From contig CAYSPV010000001.1 in assembly GCA_964433025.1 (NCBI GenBank), forward strand, positions 10,597 to 74,596: DNA of 64,000 nt, in the 5' to 3' direction. The notes beneath the pieces are model-generated. The model made no database searches. It saw nothing but the letters and a program-made list of their open reading frames with translations, and was not told the DNA's origin. Positions 10,430 through 21,700 of the stretch are shown one piece after another. The stretch's first letter is position 1; the number at the start of each line of letters is the position of its first letter. Source of the stretch: an uncultured Staphylococcaceae bacterium (GTDB lineage Bacteria; Bacillota_I; Bacilli_A; RFN20; CAG-826). Made by a program: the position numbers and the translations under genes.

Positions 10430-10771
10430 CTATTCTGCCTCCTCTTCTTGATTAGTTTCTTGATTAGCTACTTCAACGATTCCTTCTTTTAATTCAGCTT
10501 CTGCTTCTTTAACAGACATTTGAGCTTTTTTATCAATAGAGACTAAACGGAATCTTTTTAAAGCCGATAATTTTCTTGTACCCATGATAGTAACTACATC
10601 ACCAACTTTAGCGTCATTGTTTTCATCATGGACATAATATTTTTTACGATATTTCACACTTTTTCCATATTTAGCGTGTTTTTTATGGGTTTCAACAAGG
10701 ACGACGATAGTTTTATCATTTTTAGCATTAACCACTGTTCCTTGTATGGTCATACGTTGATTTCTTTCCAT
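10430..10771 (-). CDS. rpsQ: 30S ribosomal protein S17 with acidic C-terminal extension
   Basis: [27 protein letters not shown] motif. Confidence 0.95.
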   Translation of the reverse strand: MERNQRMTIQGTVVNAKNDKTIVVLVETHKKHAKYGKSVKYRKKYYVHDENNDAKVGDVVTIMGTRKLSALKRFRLVSIDKKAQMSVKEAEAELKEGIVEVANQETNQEEEAE

Positions 10772-10784
10772 CTATGCATCCTCC

Positions 10785-10988
10785 TTATTTAACATTGATG
10801 TTAAGTTCTCTTTCACGAAGCACCATGAGACAACGTGCAATGTCTTTTCTTACACGTGTTACATCTTCTCCGTGTTCTAAAGAACCAACAGCTTTTTTTC
10901 TACGTAAGTCGAAGAGCGTTTGTTTAAGCTCATAGACTTTGCTATTTAATTCGATAGTAGTCATTTCACGAATTTCATTGAGTTTCAT
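10785..10988 (-). CDS. rpmC: 50S ribosomal protein L29
   Basis: Size, position and the EIREMTTIELNSKVYELKQTLFDLR pattern. Confidence 0.93.
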   Translation of the reverse strand: MKLNEIREMTTIELNSKVYELKQTLFDLRRKKAVGSLEHGEDVTRVRKDIARCLMVLRERELNINVK

Positions 10989-10990
10989 AC

Positions 10991-11407
10991 TTAATTGCTC
11001 TCCTCCTTCTTAATAACTTTACATTTGATAGGGAGTTTATATGAAGCTAAACGTAAGGCTTCCCTTGCGGTAGTTTCATCTACTCCATCAATTTCAAACA
11101 TGACACGGCCTTTTTTAACCACTGCTACCCATAATTCAGGATTACCTTTACCAGAACCCATACGAGTACCCGCAGCTTTTACAGTTTTTCCAATGTGTGG
11201 GAAGATTCTAATCCAAACTTGTCCACTTCTATTGGTATATCTTGATAAAACGATACGAGCGGATTCGATTTGATTAGCGGTTATCCAGGCTCCTTCTTGG
11301 GCTTGAAGGCCATATTTTCCAAAGCTAATATCATTTCCAGCTTTAGATTTTCCTTCATAATATACGCGATGAGGACGACGATATTTTACTCTTTTTGGTT
11401 GTAACAT
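10991..11407 (-). CDS. rplP: 50S ribosomal protein L16
   Basis: [14 protein letters not shown] motif. Confidence 0.97.
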   Translation of the reverse strand: MLQPKRVKYRRPHRVYYEGKSKAGNDISFGKYGLQAQEGAWITANQIESARIVLSRYTNRSGQVWIRIFPHIGKTVKAAGTRMGSGKGNPELWVAVVKKGRVMFEIDGVDETTAREALRLASYKLPIKCKVIKKEESN

Positions 11408-11409
11408 AT

Positions 11410-12081
11410 TTACTCTTCTCCTCCATTATCTTTTCTTTTTGGAATAATCTCACCACGACAGATCCAAACTTTAACACCGATGATTCCATAAGTTGTTAGA
11501 GCTTGAGCGACTGCAAAGTCGATATCACTTCTAATCGTATGAAGTGGAATAATTCCATCTTTATAACCTTCACTTCTAGCAATTTCGGCTCCGCCTAAAC
11601 GGCCACTTACTAAGGTACGAATACCTTTTGCACCAGCTTTTCTTACTTGAGTGATAGTTTTCTTTTGAGCGACTCTAAATGAGACTCTTTCTTCGATTTG
11701 TCTGGCAATTGATTGTGCCACTAAGTTAGCGTCTAAATTTGGTTGTTTAACTTCGACAACATCAACTCTTAAGGTTCCATTTTTTACGATTTTGGCTAAT
11801 TGATTTTTAATACGATTAATATTAGCACCATCTTGACCAATAACTGCGCCTGGTCTTGCTACAAATACGCTTACGACAACATTATTACCACGATCTGTTT
11901 TAACTCTTTCGATTTCCACATGTGATAACATGGCATCTTTTAATTCTTTTGTTAAATACTCACGTATTTTAATGTCTTCATTTAAATAAACATTGAAGAC
12001 TTTATCATCGGCATACCAACGTGATGTCCAATCACGGTTGATACCGATTCTCATACCGACAGGATTTACTTTTTGACCCAT
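11410..12081 (-). CDS. rpsC: 30S ribosomal protein S3
   Basis: [24 protein letters not shown] motif. Confidence 0.97.
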   Translation of the reverse strand: MGQKVNPVGMRIGINRDWTSRWYADDKVFNVYLNEDIKIREYLTKELKDAMLSHVEIERVKTDRGNNVVVSVFVARPGAVIGQDGANINRIKNQLAKIVKNGTLRVDVVEVKQPNLDANLVAQSIARQIEERVSFRVAQKKTITQVRKAGAKGIRTLVSGRLGGAEIARSEGYKDGIIPLHTIRSDIDFAVAQALTTYGIIGVKVWICRGEIIPKRKDNGGEE

Positions 12082-12098
12082 GTGATTTTAAGACCTCC

Positions 12099-12611
12099 TT
12101 AGCGCATTTTCACCACGACGGTGATATTGCTTGTTCTTTTAACCATACCAGAAGCGGAACCTTTTGCTCTTGGTAGGTATCTTTTCATTCTTAAGCCATC
12201 ATTAGCATAGATGGTATCAATATATAATCTTGATTCATCCATACCGAAGTTATTGGTGGCATTTGCCACTGCTGATTTAATTACTTTAACTACATCTGCA
12301 GTTGCGGCTTTATTTACATTAGCTAATATACCTAATGCTTCTTTTACATCTTTTCCTCTTACTAGATCTATTACTAATCTAACTTTACGAGGAGTAGTGC
12401 GTATATTTTTTGCTATTGCATAAGCACTGGTAACTGGAGGTTTTTCATTAACCACTTCTTTTTTTGCTTTTCTTGTTTTTTTAGTAGTGTTTTCTTCAGC
12501 TTTAACTTCTTCTACTTCTTTTACTTTTTTAGATCTTTTAGTAGGAGTAGTTTTTTCTTCTTCAACAATATTTGTTTCTTCTACTACTTCAGTTTTCTTT
12601 TTTGTAGCCAT
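12099..12611 (-). CDS. rplV: 50S ribosomal protein L22 with about 60-aa Lys/Glu-rich N-terminal extension
   Basis: Core AKNIRTTPRKVRLVIDLVRGKDV. AGGAGG lies upstream of the ATG at 12611. Confidence 0.95.
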   Translation of the reverse strand: MATKKKTEVVEETNIVEEEKTTPTKRSKKVKEVEEVKAEENTTKKTRKAKKEVVNEKPPVTSAYAIAKNIRTTPRKVRLVIDLVRGKDVKEALGILANVNKAATADVVKVIKSAVANATNNFGMDESRLYIDTIYANDGLRMKRYLPRAKGSASGMVKRTSNITVVVKMR

Positions 12612-12620
12612 ATTACCTCC

Positions 12621-12908
12621 TTATTTTTTAGCAGCCTTATCACTAGCGTTATTGCCGTGATGACCGCTATAAGTTCTTGTAGGAGAGAATTCTCCTAATT
12701 TATGACCAACCATATCTTCGGTTACATAAACTGAGATATGTTCTTTACCGTTATATACTGCAAAGGTGTGACCGACAAAGATAGGGAATATGGTTGAACG
12801 TCTTGACCAAGTTTTAATGATTTCTTTTTTGTTTTGAGCATCTAGAGCTTCTACTTTTTTCATTAAGTGAGCATCACAGAATGGACCCTTTTTTAAACTT
12901 CTTGCCAT
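12621..12908 (-). CDS. rpsS: 30S ribosomal protein S19
   Basis: [19 protein letters not shown] motif. Confidence 0.97.
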   Translation of the reverse strand: MARSLKKGPFCDAHLMKKVEALDAQNKKEIIKTWSRRSTIFPIFVGHTFAVYNGKEHISVYVTEDMVGHKLGEFSPTRTYSGHHGNNASDKAAKK

Positions 12909-12928
12909 TTTATTTACCTCCTTTGCCT

Positions 12929-13765
12929 TTATTTAGAACTATTGCGACGACGTATGATTAATTGAGTCGAAGCTTTTTTAGATTTTCTAGTTTTAACACC
13001 CATGGCTCTTTTGCCCCAAGGTGTTCTTGGTGCATCTCTACCAACTGGGGATTTACCTTCACCACCACCATGAGGGTGATCAACTGGGTTCATGACACTA
13101 CCACGCACTGTAGGTCTAACACCTAACCAACGTGATTTACCAGCTTTACCTTTATTAATTAGGGAATAATCTTCATTTCCTACTTGTCCAATAGTAGCGC
13201 GGCATTTTCCTAATACTTTTCTCATTTCACCAGATGCAAGTCTTAATATGACATATTTTCCTTCTGCACCTAATACTTGAGCTTGAGTGCCGGCAGCTCT
13301 ACATAATTGACCACCTTTTCCTGGGGTTAATTCTACGTTATGAATAAATGTACCTTCAGGAATGTGTTCTAGTAGCATCGCATTTCCAATTTTAGTATCC
13401 ACACTTTCACCAGAGATGATTCTATCGCCTACTTTTAATCCCGAAGGATATATGATATAACGTTTTTCACCATCTAGATAAGCTACTAGGGAAATGTAAG
13501 CATTACGGTTTGGATCGTATTCGATAGTTTTTACTATTGCAGGAATACCATCTTTGTTTCTTTTAAAGTCGATAATACGATATTTTTGTTTATGACCCCC
13601 ACCGATATGGCGAGTGGTAATTACACCTTGATTGTTTCTTCCACCAGTTTTTACTTTTTTGACTAATAAACTTTTCTCAGGAGTGGAAGTGGTGATTTCA
13701 TCAAATGTCGCATTTGTCATGTTACGACGGCTTGGTGTCGTAGGTTTGTAAGTTCTAATTGACAT
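12929..13765 (-). CDS. rplB: 50S ribosomal protein L2
   Basis: [15 protein letters not shown] and [14 protein letters not shown] motifs. Confidence 0.98.
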   Translation of the reverse strand: MSIRTYKPTTPSRRNMTNATFDEITTSTPEKSLLVKKVKTGGRNNQGVITTRHIGGGHKQKYRIIDFKRNKDGIPAIVKTIEYDPNRNAYISLVAYLDGEKRYIIYPSGLKVGDRIISGESVDTKIGNAMLLEHIPEGTFIHNVELTPGKGGQLCRAAGTQAQVLGAEGKYVILRLASGEMRKVLGKCRATIGQVGNEDYSLINKGKAGKSRWLGVRPTVRGSVMNPVDHPHGGGEGKSPVGRDAPRTPWGKRAMGVKTRKSKKASTQLIIRRRNSSK

Positions 13766-13809
13766 TTTCTTCCTCCTATAATTTAGTTTTTATTACGCGT
13801 ATACGCGTC

Positions 13810-14184
13810 TTATTCTTTAAATAAATCAATTGCTTCACCACTAGCTACAGTAACGATAGCTTTTTTATAACCAGAGATAGTGCCTGTATATCTTGTACCT
13901 CTAGTTTTGGTTTTGCTTTTTACATTAGATATTGCTACATCTATAACACCAACTTGATATAATCTTTCAAAAGCTAATCTAACTTCTGTTTTATTAGTAG
14001 TAGGCGCTACTTTTAAGGTGACTTTGTTTTGCTCTTGCATTAAAGTCATTGTTTTTTCTGTAATAACAGGAGTAATAATGACTTCAAAGTCTTTAAATGT
14101 AGGTTTTGCAAATCTAAGTTGTTCTACTTTTTCTTGTTTTTTAGCTTTAGTTGTTTTTTTAGCTTTTTTTGTTTCTTCTGCCAT
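13810..14184 (-). CDS. rplW: 50S ribosomal protein L23 with Lys-rich N-terminal extension
   Basis: VIITPVITEKTMTLMQEQNKVTLKV core plus operon position. Confidence 0.93.
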   Translation of the reverse strand: MAEETKKAKKTTKAKKQEKVEQLRFAKPTFKDFEVIITPVITEKTMTLMQEQNKVTLKVAPTTNKTEVRLAFERLYQVGVIDVAISNVKSKTKTRGTRYTGTISGYKKAIVTVASGEAIDLFKE

Positions 14185-14185
14185 A

Positions 14186-14824
14186 TTAGTTTAAAGCCTC
14201 CTGTAATGTTTTGATGGCCTCTTGAGTCATAATGACATGATCAGCATTTAATACGTCATAGACAGAGACATTATTGGGAGCGACTAATCTCACCCAATAT
14301 AAATTTGCGCAGCTAAGGATGATTCCTTCATCTAAAGTATCTGCGACCACTAAGACTTTACTTTCGGCTTTTAAAGCTTTACACATATTGACAAAGTCTT
14401 TGGTTTTTTTAGATGAAAAATCAAATTTATCCACGACAATTAATCCATCTTTAGTCTTAGTGGACAAAGCACTTCTTAAAGCTAGATTGTGTTGTTTTTT
14501 GTTTTGGGATAATTTAAAGTTTTGAACTCCAGTAGGACCAAATACGGTACCACCGCCAACCCACACTGGGCTTCTTGAAGAACCTGCACGGGCTCTTCCA
14601 GTACCTTTTTGACGCCAAGGTTTTTTACCGCCACCTCTTACTTCATGACGAACTTTAGTTTTCGCGGTAGCTTGTCTTTTATTAGCTAGATAAACATTAA
14701 CTGCATCAAACATAACTTGACTATGAGGTTCAATATTAAACACATTAGCATCTAAAGACATTTTGCTTACTTCTTCACCAGCTTGAGAATAGACCTTTAC
14801 ACTGACTGTTTTTCTTTCTGCCAT
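14186..14824 (-). CDS. rplD: 50S ribosomal protein L4
   Basis: GGGKKPWRQKGTGRARAGSSRSPVWVGGG motif. Confidence 0.97.
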   Translation of the reverse strand: MAERKTVSVKVYSQAGEEVSKMSLDANVFNIEPHSQVMFDAVNVYLANKRQATAKTKVRHEVRGGGKKPWRQKGTGRARAGSSRSPVWVGGGTVFGPTGVQNFKLSQNKKQHNLALRSALSTKTKDGLIVVDKFDFSSKKTKDFVNMCKALKAESKVLVVADTLDEGIILSCANLYWVRLVAPNNVSVYDVLNADHVIMTQEAIKTLQEALN

Positions 14825-14847
14825 AATATTTTCTCCTTTCTAGTAAG

Positions 14848-15582
14848 TTAGTTAGCACTAGCAGCAGTTTCCACTGGGGTTTCTACTACTGGTTCTACTA
14901 CTTCTACAGTTTTTGTTCTATTAATAATTTCCTTAACAGGAGTAACTTTTTTAATTGTTTTAATTGGTGATCTAACCACGACAAGAGATTTTTTAGGTCC
15001 TGGAAGAGCTCCTTTAATTAATAGATATCCTTTTTCTGGATTACTTTCTACGATGACAAGATTTAATACGGTAACAGATTTATTACCCATATGACCTGAC
15101 ATCTTTTTACCTGGAATGACTCTGTTATTGCAACGACCATTGTTAGCAAATGAACCCATTCCTCTATGATAACCAGATCCATGTCCTTTAGGTCCAATTT
15201 TATGACCCCATCTTTTAACTACACCAGCATAGCCATGTCCTTTACTTGTTCCAATTACATCGACCATTTCACCAGTTTTAAAGATGTCACATGTAATAGC
15301 ATCACCAACTTTATAATTTCTCATCTCATCACCTTTTAATTCAACGTGATGATATTTACAAGTGGTACCTGCTTTTAAATCGATACCTTTTTCACATTTA
15401 TTAGCGCGGCTTTCTTTTTTATCTTCATAGCCGACTTGGATAGCTTCATAGCCATCTTTTTCAATAGTTTTTACTTGTGTAACGATGTTAGGTAAGACTT
15501 CAACAACAGTAACTGCATACATTGTTCCATCAGCGGCGAATACTTGAGTCATACCCATTTTACGTCCTAATATAGATTTCAT
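14848..15582 (-). CDS. rplC: 50S ribosomal protein L3 with C-terminal extension
   Basis: ILGRKMGMTQVFAADG and GTSKGHGYAGVVKRWGH motifs. Confidence 0.97.
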   Translation of the reverse strand: MKSILGRKMGMTQVFAADGTMYAVTVVEVLPNIVTQVKTIEKDGYEAIQVGYEDKKESRANKCEKGIDLKAGTTCKYHHVELKGDEMRNYKVGDAITCDIFKTGEMVDVIGTSKGHGYAGVVKRWGHKIGPKGHGSGYHRGMGSFANNGRCNNRVIPGKKMSGHMGNKSVTVLNLVIVESNPEKGYLLIKGALPGPKKSLVVVRSPIKTIKKVTPVKEIINRTKTVEVVEPVVETPVETAASAN

Positions 15583-15596
15583 GTCTTACCCTCCTT

Positions 15597-15908
15597 TTAT
15601 AATTTGATATCGATATCCACACCGCTTGGAAGATCAAGATTTCTTAATGCATCTATTGTTTCTTTTTTAGGATTGGTGATATCGATAATTCTTTTGTGTG
15701 TACGAATTTCGAATTGTTCACGAGCGTCTTTATATTTGTGTACCGCTCTTAAGATTGTAAACACTTGTTTTTCAGTTGGTAGGGGAATTGGTCCTACAAC
15801 TTTAGCACCAGTGTTTTTCGCAGCTTCAACTATTCTTAAGGCCGAACTATCAAGATTAGCGTGGTCATAAGATTTTAGTCGAACACGAATTTTTGTTGTT
15901 TTTGCCAT
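15597..15908 (-). CDS. rpsJ: 30S ribosomal protein S10
   Basis: [29 protein letters not shown] motif; first gene of the cluster. Confidence 0.97.
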   Translation of the reverse strand: MAKTTKIRVRLKSYDHANLDSSALRIVEAAKNTGAKVVGPIPLPTEKQVFTILRAVHKYKDAREQFEIRTHKRIIDITNPKKETIDALRNLDLPSGVDIDIKL

Positions 15909-16036
15909 GATGTTTCCTCCTTTTTAATTTTTAACAGGCTTTTTTCTTGCTCCATGTAAATTCCCCGATAGCCCTTCATGACAACGCCTGTAGGCGTATC
16001 GGCAACCTCACATATCTTCGCGCAGTCAACGTCTAA
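15909..16036 (-). promoter_or_regulatory. About 125-nt GC-enriched structured 5' leader of the S10 operon (candidate ribosomal-protein autoregulatory leader)
   Basis: This is the only clearly GC-rich non-coding patch in the window. On the minus strand CCGATA...TATCGG encloses a CGCC-TACA-GGCG hairpin. It lies between a consensus promoter and the rpsJ SD. Confidence 0.5.
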
Positions 16037-16065
16037 AATATACCTATATTCATATTTAATGTCAA
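16037..16065 (-). promoter_or_regulatory. SigA-type promoter of the S10 operon
   Basis: Minus strand reads TTGACA (16065-16060), a 17-nt spacer, then TATATT (16042-16037). Confidence 0.7.
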
Positions 16066-16172
16066 CACTTATTTTATTATTAATAAAATGTTTTTGTTAG
16101 AAGAGGATTTCACTATTAAAATTTGTGATAAAAATTATGATTGAAATTTATTAAAATCTAAGCAAAATGTAA

Positions 16173-16772
16173 TTATTTTTGACTATTTTTTCTATTTAAA
16201 TAGTCTTCATATGATATTTGACAACCGCAGTAATTTTGAAAATATAAATTGTGTTTAATGATTAATTGTTTAGATTTTTGATAACCATTTTCCTTTTTAA
16301 AATCAGCGCATAACCACTTCGTGGTTTTATATTGAGCTTCTAATTTATAGCCTATTTCATTAATCTTATCGGAATTTTTAAATCTAGATATAGACATTAC
16401 TGATCCTATAAAATCATAGTGATTTTCATAAGCATATTTATAAGCTTCTGATAGTCTTTTTTTATAACATAGAAAGCATCTTTCACCACCTTCTTTTATA
16501 TCTTTTAAAGGCCAAAGATCTTTCATGTATTCTTCATTTTTATAATCTCTGATTATAATATCTACATCTGCATTTATTTCTTTTATGTATCTTTTTAATT
16601 CTTCTAATCTTCGATAATATTCTTCGCTTGGATAGATATTAGAATTATTAAAAAATAAAGTGATTTTAAAATTATTTTTTAAATATTCATAAGGAATAGT
16701 AAAACAAGGTCCACAGCAAACATGTAATAGTAATGTTTTTTTCTCATCTAGACTATTTATAATGTCTAGCAT
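16173..16772 (-). CDS. queH: Epoxyqueuosine reductase QueH (DUF208 family)
   Basis: LLLHVCCGPC motif and C-terminal CGC. It lies directly downstream of queA. The start is uncertain; the track ORF extends to 16853, overlapping queA. Confidence 0.75.
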   Translation of the reverse strand: MLDIINSLDEKKTLLLHVCCGPCFTIPYEYLKNNFKITLFFNNSNIYPSEEYYRRLEELKRYIKEINADVDIIIRDYKNEEYMKDLWPLKDIKEGGERCFLCYKKRLSEAYKYAYENHYDFIGSVMSISRFKNSDKINEIGYKLEAQYKTTKWLCADFKKENGYQKSKQLIIKHNLYFQNYCGCQISYEDYLNRKNSQK

Positions 16773-16785
16773 TTTAGTATGATAA

Positions 16786-17825
16786 TTATTCTTTTTTCGT
16801 ATCATAAATAAACATAGCATCTCCAAAAGAAAAGAATCTATATTTTTCATCAATAGCGTGTTTATAACATTTTAAGATAAATTCTCTACCTGCGAGAGCA
16901 CTTACTAACATAATAAGAGTAGATTTAGGTAGATGAAAATTAGTAATTAAAGCATCAATAGCTTTAAATTTATATCCAGGTTGAATAAATATATCAGTAG
17001 GTTCACTTGTTGCTTTAAAGGTATTGTATTTAGAATAATTAGCTTCAAGCGTTCTAAGTGATGTTGTACCTATTGCGATTATTCTTCTATTTTCTTGTTT
17101 AGCTTTATTTAAAATATCACAGGCTTCTTGACTAATATAATAATATTCTTCATGCATATGATGATCATCTGTATCTTGTACCTTTACTGGTCTAAAAGTA
17201 CCTAGGCCTATGTGGAGAGTTGTGTCCACGACTGTTATGCCTTTTTGTTTTAATTTTTCAAATAATTCATCGGTAAAATGAAATCCTGCAGTAGGTGCGG
17301 CAGCGCTTCCTAACACCTTAGCGTACACCGTCTGATATCTAGAATTATCATATAGTTGTTGTTTGATATATGGAGGTAAAGGCATTTTACCTAATTTATC
17401 TAATATTTCTAAAAATATACCTTCATAAATAAATTTTAATAATCTTATTCCTTCATCTTTTACTTCAATGCATTGACATTTAAGTAGACCGTTTCCAAAA
17501 GAAATAACTGTATCAAGTTTTATAACCTTAGCGTTACCACATAAGCATTCCCAGATGTCACCCTCTAGTTGCCTTAAAAGTAATATCTCTACATGAGCGT
17601 TCGTCTTTTCTTTTGTTCCTATTAATCTAGCGGGTATAACCTTAGAATTATTTCTAACTAAAACATCACCCTCTTTAAGATAGTTAATAATATCATAGAA
17701 ATATTTATCCGCTATTTGTTGTTTATTAACATCCACACATAATAATCTAGAATGATCTCTTTGATTTATAGGGGATTGGGCTATTAATTCTTCTGGTAAA
17801 TCAAAATCAAATAAATTTATATCCA

Positions 17826-17826
<1 letters not shown>
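16786..17826 (-). CDS. queA: S-adenosylmethionine:tRNA ribosyltransferase-isomerase
   Basis: [24 protein letters not shown] and MPLPPYI motifs. Confidence 0.95.
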
Positions 17827-18956
<1,130 letters not shown>

Positions 18957-19143
18957 TTATATTATATATAAAACCTTTCAGATTTTAAATCTGATTTATT
19001 GTTTTATTAAAAACCTTGCAAAAGTTAATTATTTTTAAAAAAATATGCTTCATTTATCTAAAAAATACTAGAAAAATTGGAATGCAATTCCAGATTTTCT
19101 GGAATACAATTCCAAATTTTTAAGGTTTTCAAGATATACGATT

Positions 19144-19165
19144 AAAAAATACCCACAAAGTGGGT
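19144..19165 (-). terminator. Rho-independent terminator after the lipoprotein gene
   Basis: Minus strand ACCCAC-TTT-GTGGGT followed by ATTTTTTAAT. Confidence 0.7.
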
Positions 19166-19198
19166 AAATTTTAAAATACTGTTGAATCTTTATAAAAA

Positions 19199-20119
19199 TT
19201 AGGCTTCTACAAATATAAGATTGTAATAAAGATTTACTCTTTCAACTTCTTCATCATATGTAGCGGTTCTAGAAACACTGATATTAGTCATATCATATTC
19301 CATAGAAATAGCACTATCACCATTTCCTGTTGTTGTAGTAACACTAATAGCGTCTTCAACTACTGCATTTTCACTTAATACATAACCATTACTATTAAAT
19401 GTAACATCATAATCAACAGATGCATTTTTATAATCTTCACCTAGTTTTTGACTTCCTGCACCTTCAATATCATATTCTAAAGATGAAAAGAAAGTATTTA
19501 TAAAAGATAGATTTTCTAAAATAGCCACACCATCAATAACAAAATCATCACCATTTTTAGAATAATCTGCATCAGTAATAGATGATGTTAATGTAATAAT
19601 ATCATCCTTACTAAATTGATTTTCTAAAAGTGAAGCATCTAATGATTCTTTAATATCTTCTTCTGCATCATTAGGATATATATCTAATGCACTATCTGAA
19701 GACACAGAACTTATAACAAGATAATAGTAAGTATCATTATATGAAAATATCTCTTGTTCACTTGAAATTGTTATAGATGCATCACTATCTGTACCCACTC
19801 CTATTTGATATGAATAATAATAGTAATAATCACCACTTGTCGTGGTATCTATAATAAACTTATAGCTTGCAGTGCATGTTTCAGCACCCAATCCTTCTAA
19901 AGAAAGATCGTAGGTAAAGAATAATTCATAATCAAATGTTTTATAGTCTTGAATGGTAAAGTTATCTGCAGCCTCTAAGATTTCATCTAAGATAGAACCG
20001 CTGCTGGTCGTGGTAGTGCTAGGGTCGCCACTATCACTTGTTGAATCATCATTTGAAACGACGCAGCCTGAAAGTCCTAAAATAGAAATTAAAGATATAA
20101 ATAGAAATTTAGTTTTCAT
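19199..20119 (-). CDS. Lipoprotein of unknown function
   Basis: Signal peptide with lipobox (ILGLSGC), a Ser/Thr/Asp-rich linker, and SD AAAGGAG upstream. Confidence 0.7.
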   Translation of the reverse strand: MKTKFLFISLISILGLSGCVVSNDDSTSDSGDPSTTTTSSGSILDEILEAADNFTIQDYKTFDYELFFTYDLSLEGLGAETCTASYKFIIDTTTSGDYYYYYSYQIGVGTDSDASITISSEQEIFSYNDTYYYLVISSVSSDSALDIYPNDAEEDIKESLDASLLENQFSKDDIITLTSSITDADYSKNGDDFVIDGVAILENLSFINTFFSSLEYDIEGAGSQKLGEDYKNASVDYDVTFNSNGYVLSENAVVEDAISVTTTTGNGDSAISMEYDMTNISVSRTATYDEEVERVNLYYNLIFVEA

Positions 20120-20206
20120 ATTTTTTTAGCTCCTTTCTTGGATGTATTTTATTAAAAAGAAGAATGAAAGAATACTACTTAATAAAATAAATTATAAAAC
20201 CTATCT

Positions 20207-20725
20207 TTAAAATTTAAAATTTATATTTTGATCTGCTTCTATTAGTTTAAAGAAGAATTTTCTTTTCCTTAATAACAGGATAAGTATATATCCTAATATC
20301 ATTACACCTAATTCTCCTAAGGCTACCCATCCTGCAGATATTAAAAATGAATTAATAGGTCCCATACCTGCTAGTATATAGATTTCTAAACCCACGACTA
20401 TTCCATTAAATATGACAGGGAATATTAAGGACACTAATAGGTGTTTAGAAAACATAATGCATACACATGCTAATAAAGTAGCTAATGTACCAAATAAAAC
20501 ATCCCAATATGATAAAGTAGAACCAAAATTTGCAATTAAAGTTCCAAGACATATACCATAGGTATATTTTTTCTTAAAAAACACTAATAAGACTAAAATT
20601 TCACTTATTCTAAATTGTATTTCACCATAAGAAATAGGAATAGATAAAAGTGTTATAGCAATATAAAGTGCGGCCAATATGGCATTAGAAGTTATATCTT
20701 TTACAGTTAGTTTAATTTTAATCAT
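20207..20725 (-). CDS. queT: QueT-family queuosine-precursor transporter (ECF S-component type)
   Basis: About 170-aa polytopic protein with AALYIAIT...EIQFRISE motif typical of QueT as I recall it. It is preceded by a preQ1-I-like element and lies near tgt-queA-queH. Confidence 0.7.
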   Translation of the reverse strand: MIKIKLTVKDITSNAILAALYIAITLLSIPISYGEIQFRISEILVLLVFFKKKYTYGICLGTLIANFGSTLSYWDVLFGTLATLLACVCIMFSKHLLVSLIFPVIFNGIVVGLEIYILAGMGPINSFLISAGWVALGELGVMILGYILILLLRKRKFFFKLIEADQNINFKF

Positions 20726-20770
20726 CTCCTTGTTTTCTTTTTTAAGTGGTTAGGCAAGGTAACACTTAAT
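20726..20770 (-). ncRNA. preQ1-I-like riboswitch (H-type pseudoknot sequestering the queT SD)
   Basis: Minus strand reads AAGTG-TTACCTTGCCTAAC-CACTT-AAAAAAGAAAACAAGGAG-ATG. It has a 5-bp P1 and a loop ending in AAC. The A-rich tail ACAAGG resembles the Thermoanaerobacter preQ1-I tail ACAAAACAAGG. Loop CCTT can pair with tail/SD AAGG. Confidence 0.6.
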
Positions 20771-20776
20771 TTAGAT

Positions 20777-21694
20777 TTAAATTAAATCTTTGATATTTTC
20801 TATTAATAAAGGTGTAATGTCAAGAACACTTACCCAATTAGGATATTTTTTATTAATAGTGTTTAACACTACAACATCGTTTATATATTCATTATTTAAA
20901 TACTTTTGATAGCCTTTAGAAAATACGCCGTGTGTGGCTCCAACATGAATAGCGAGAGCACCATTATCTAAACAAATTCTAGCTGCATTATATATTGTCT
21001 TACCAGTATCAATAATATCATCGATAATGATACAATGTTTTTTATTTACATCTCCTGATATGGCTAAGACTTCACTTTGATTAGCTCTAGGACGATGTTT
21101 TGTTAAAATTACAACTTCATTTTTTAAATTTAAAGCATCACTTAATTCATGGGCTCTTTTATTCGCACCATGATCTGGTGCTACTATTACTACATCATCT
21201 ACACTAATGTTATTATTTTTAAAATATTCTAAATAATAATCTTTAAAAAGATTATAAGGTCTAATATCATTAACACCATTTTTAAAAAATGAATAAATTA
21301 TTGGATGATGTAAATCAATCGCAGCGATTGTATCAACATTAGATATTGATAACATCTTAGAAACTACTTTACAGGAATTAGGTTCATTAATCCAACTTAC
21401 TCTTTCTTGTCTAGCAAAGCCAAAATAAGGAATGATTAGATTAATTTTTGAAGCACCACCATTATGTAAAGAATCTATTAAAAGTAAGATTTTAAATATA
21501 TGTTCAATTGCAGGCTTATTTGTGGATTGAATTATAAAACAATTTTTATTTTTAACATCATTTAATGCCTTTGGCATTATTTCACCATCCACAAATTTAA
21601 AAGTTTTAACTTTTCCAAGCTCAAAATTTAATTGTTTCGCTATTTTATTAACTAAATCTTTATGTCCATCAATGTTAAAAATAATATTATCCAT
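20777..21694 (-). CDS. prs: Ribose-phosphate pyrophosphokinase
   Basis: IIPYFGFARQER motif and PRPP-binding loop IIIDDIIDTGKT. Confidence 0.93.
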   Translation of the reverse strand: MDNIIFNIDGHKDLVNKIAKQLNFELGKVKTFKFVDGEIMPKALNDVKNKNCFIIQSTNKPAIEHIFKILLLIDSLHNGGASKINLIIPYFGFARQERVSWINEPNSCKVVSKMLSISNVDTIAAIDLHHPIIYSFFKNGVNDIRPYNLFKDYYLEYFKNNNISVDDVVIVAPDHGANKRAHELSDALNLKNEVVILTKHRPRANQSEVLAISGDVNKKHCIIIDDIIDTGKTIYNAARICLDNGALAIHVGATHGVFSKGYQKYLNNEYINDVVVLNTINKKYPNWVSVLDITPLLIENIKDLI

Positions 21695-21700
21695 AATTTT

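Noticed and set aside
2118-15870. Plus-strand ORFs of 60-96 aa inside the ribosomal protein/secY cluster (2118-2318, 2730-2918, 5095-5277, 7791-8081, 8184-8459, 8904-9107, 10995-11273, 12211-12423, 14274-14525, 15604-15870)
   Set aside because: All lie antisense to highly conserved genes, have no SD, and have low-complexity hydrophobic or Ser/Leu-rich translations typical of the reverse frame of AT-rich coding DNA.
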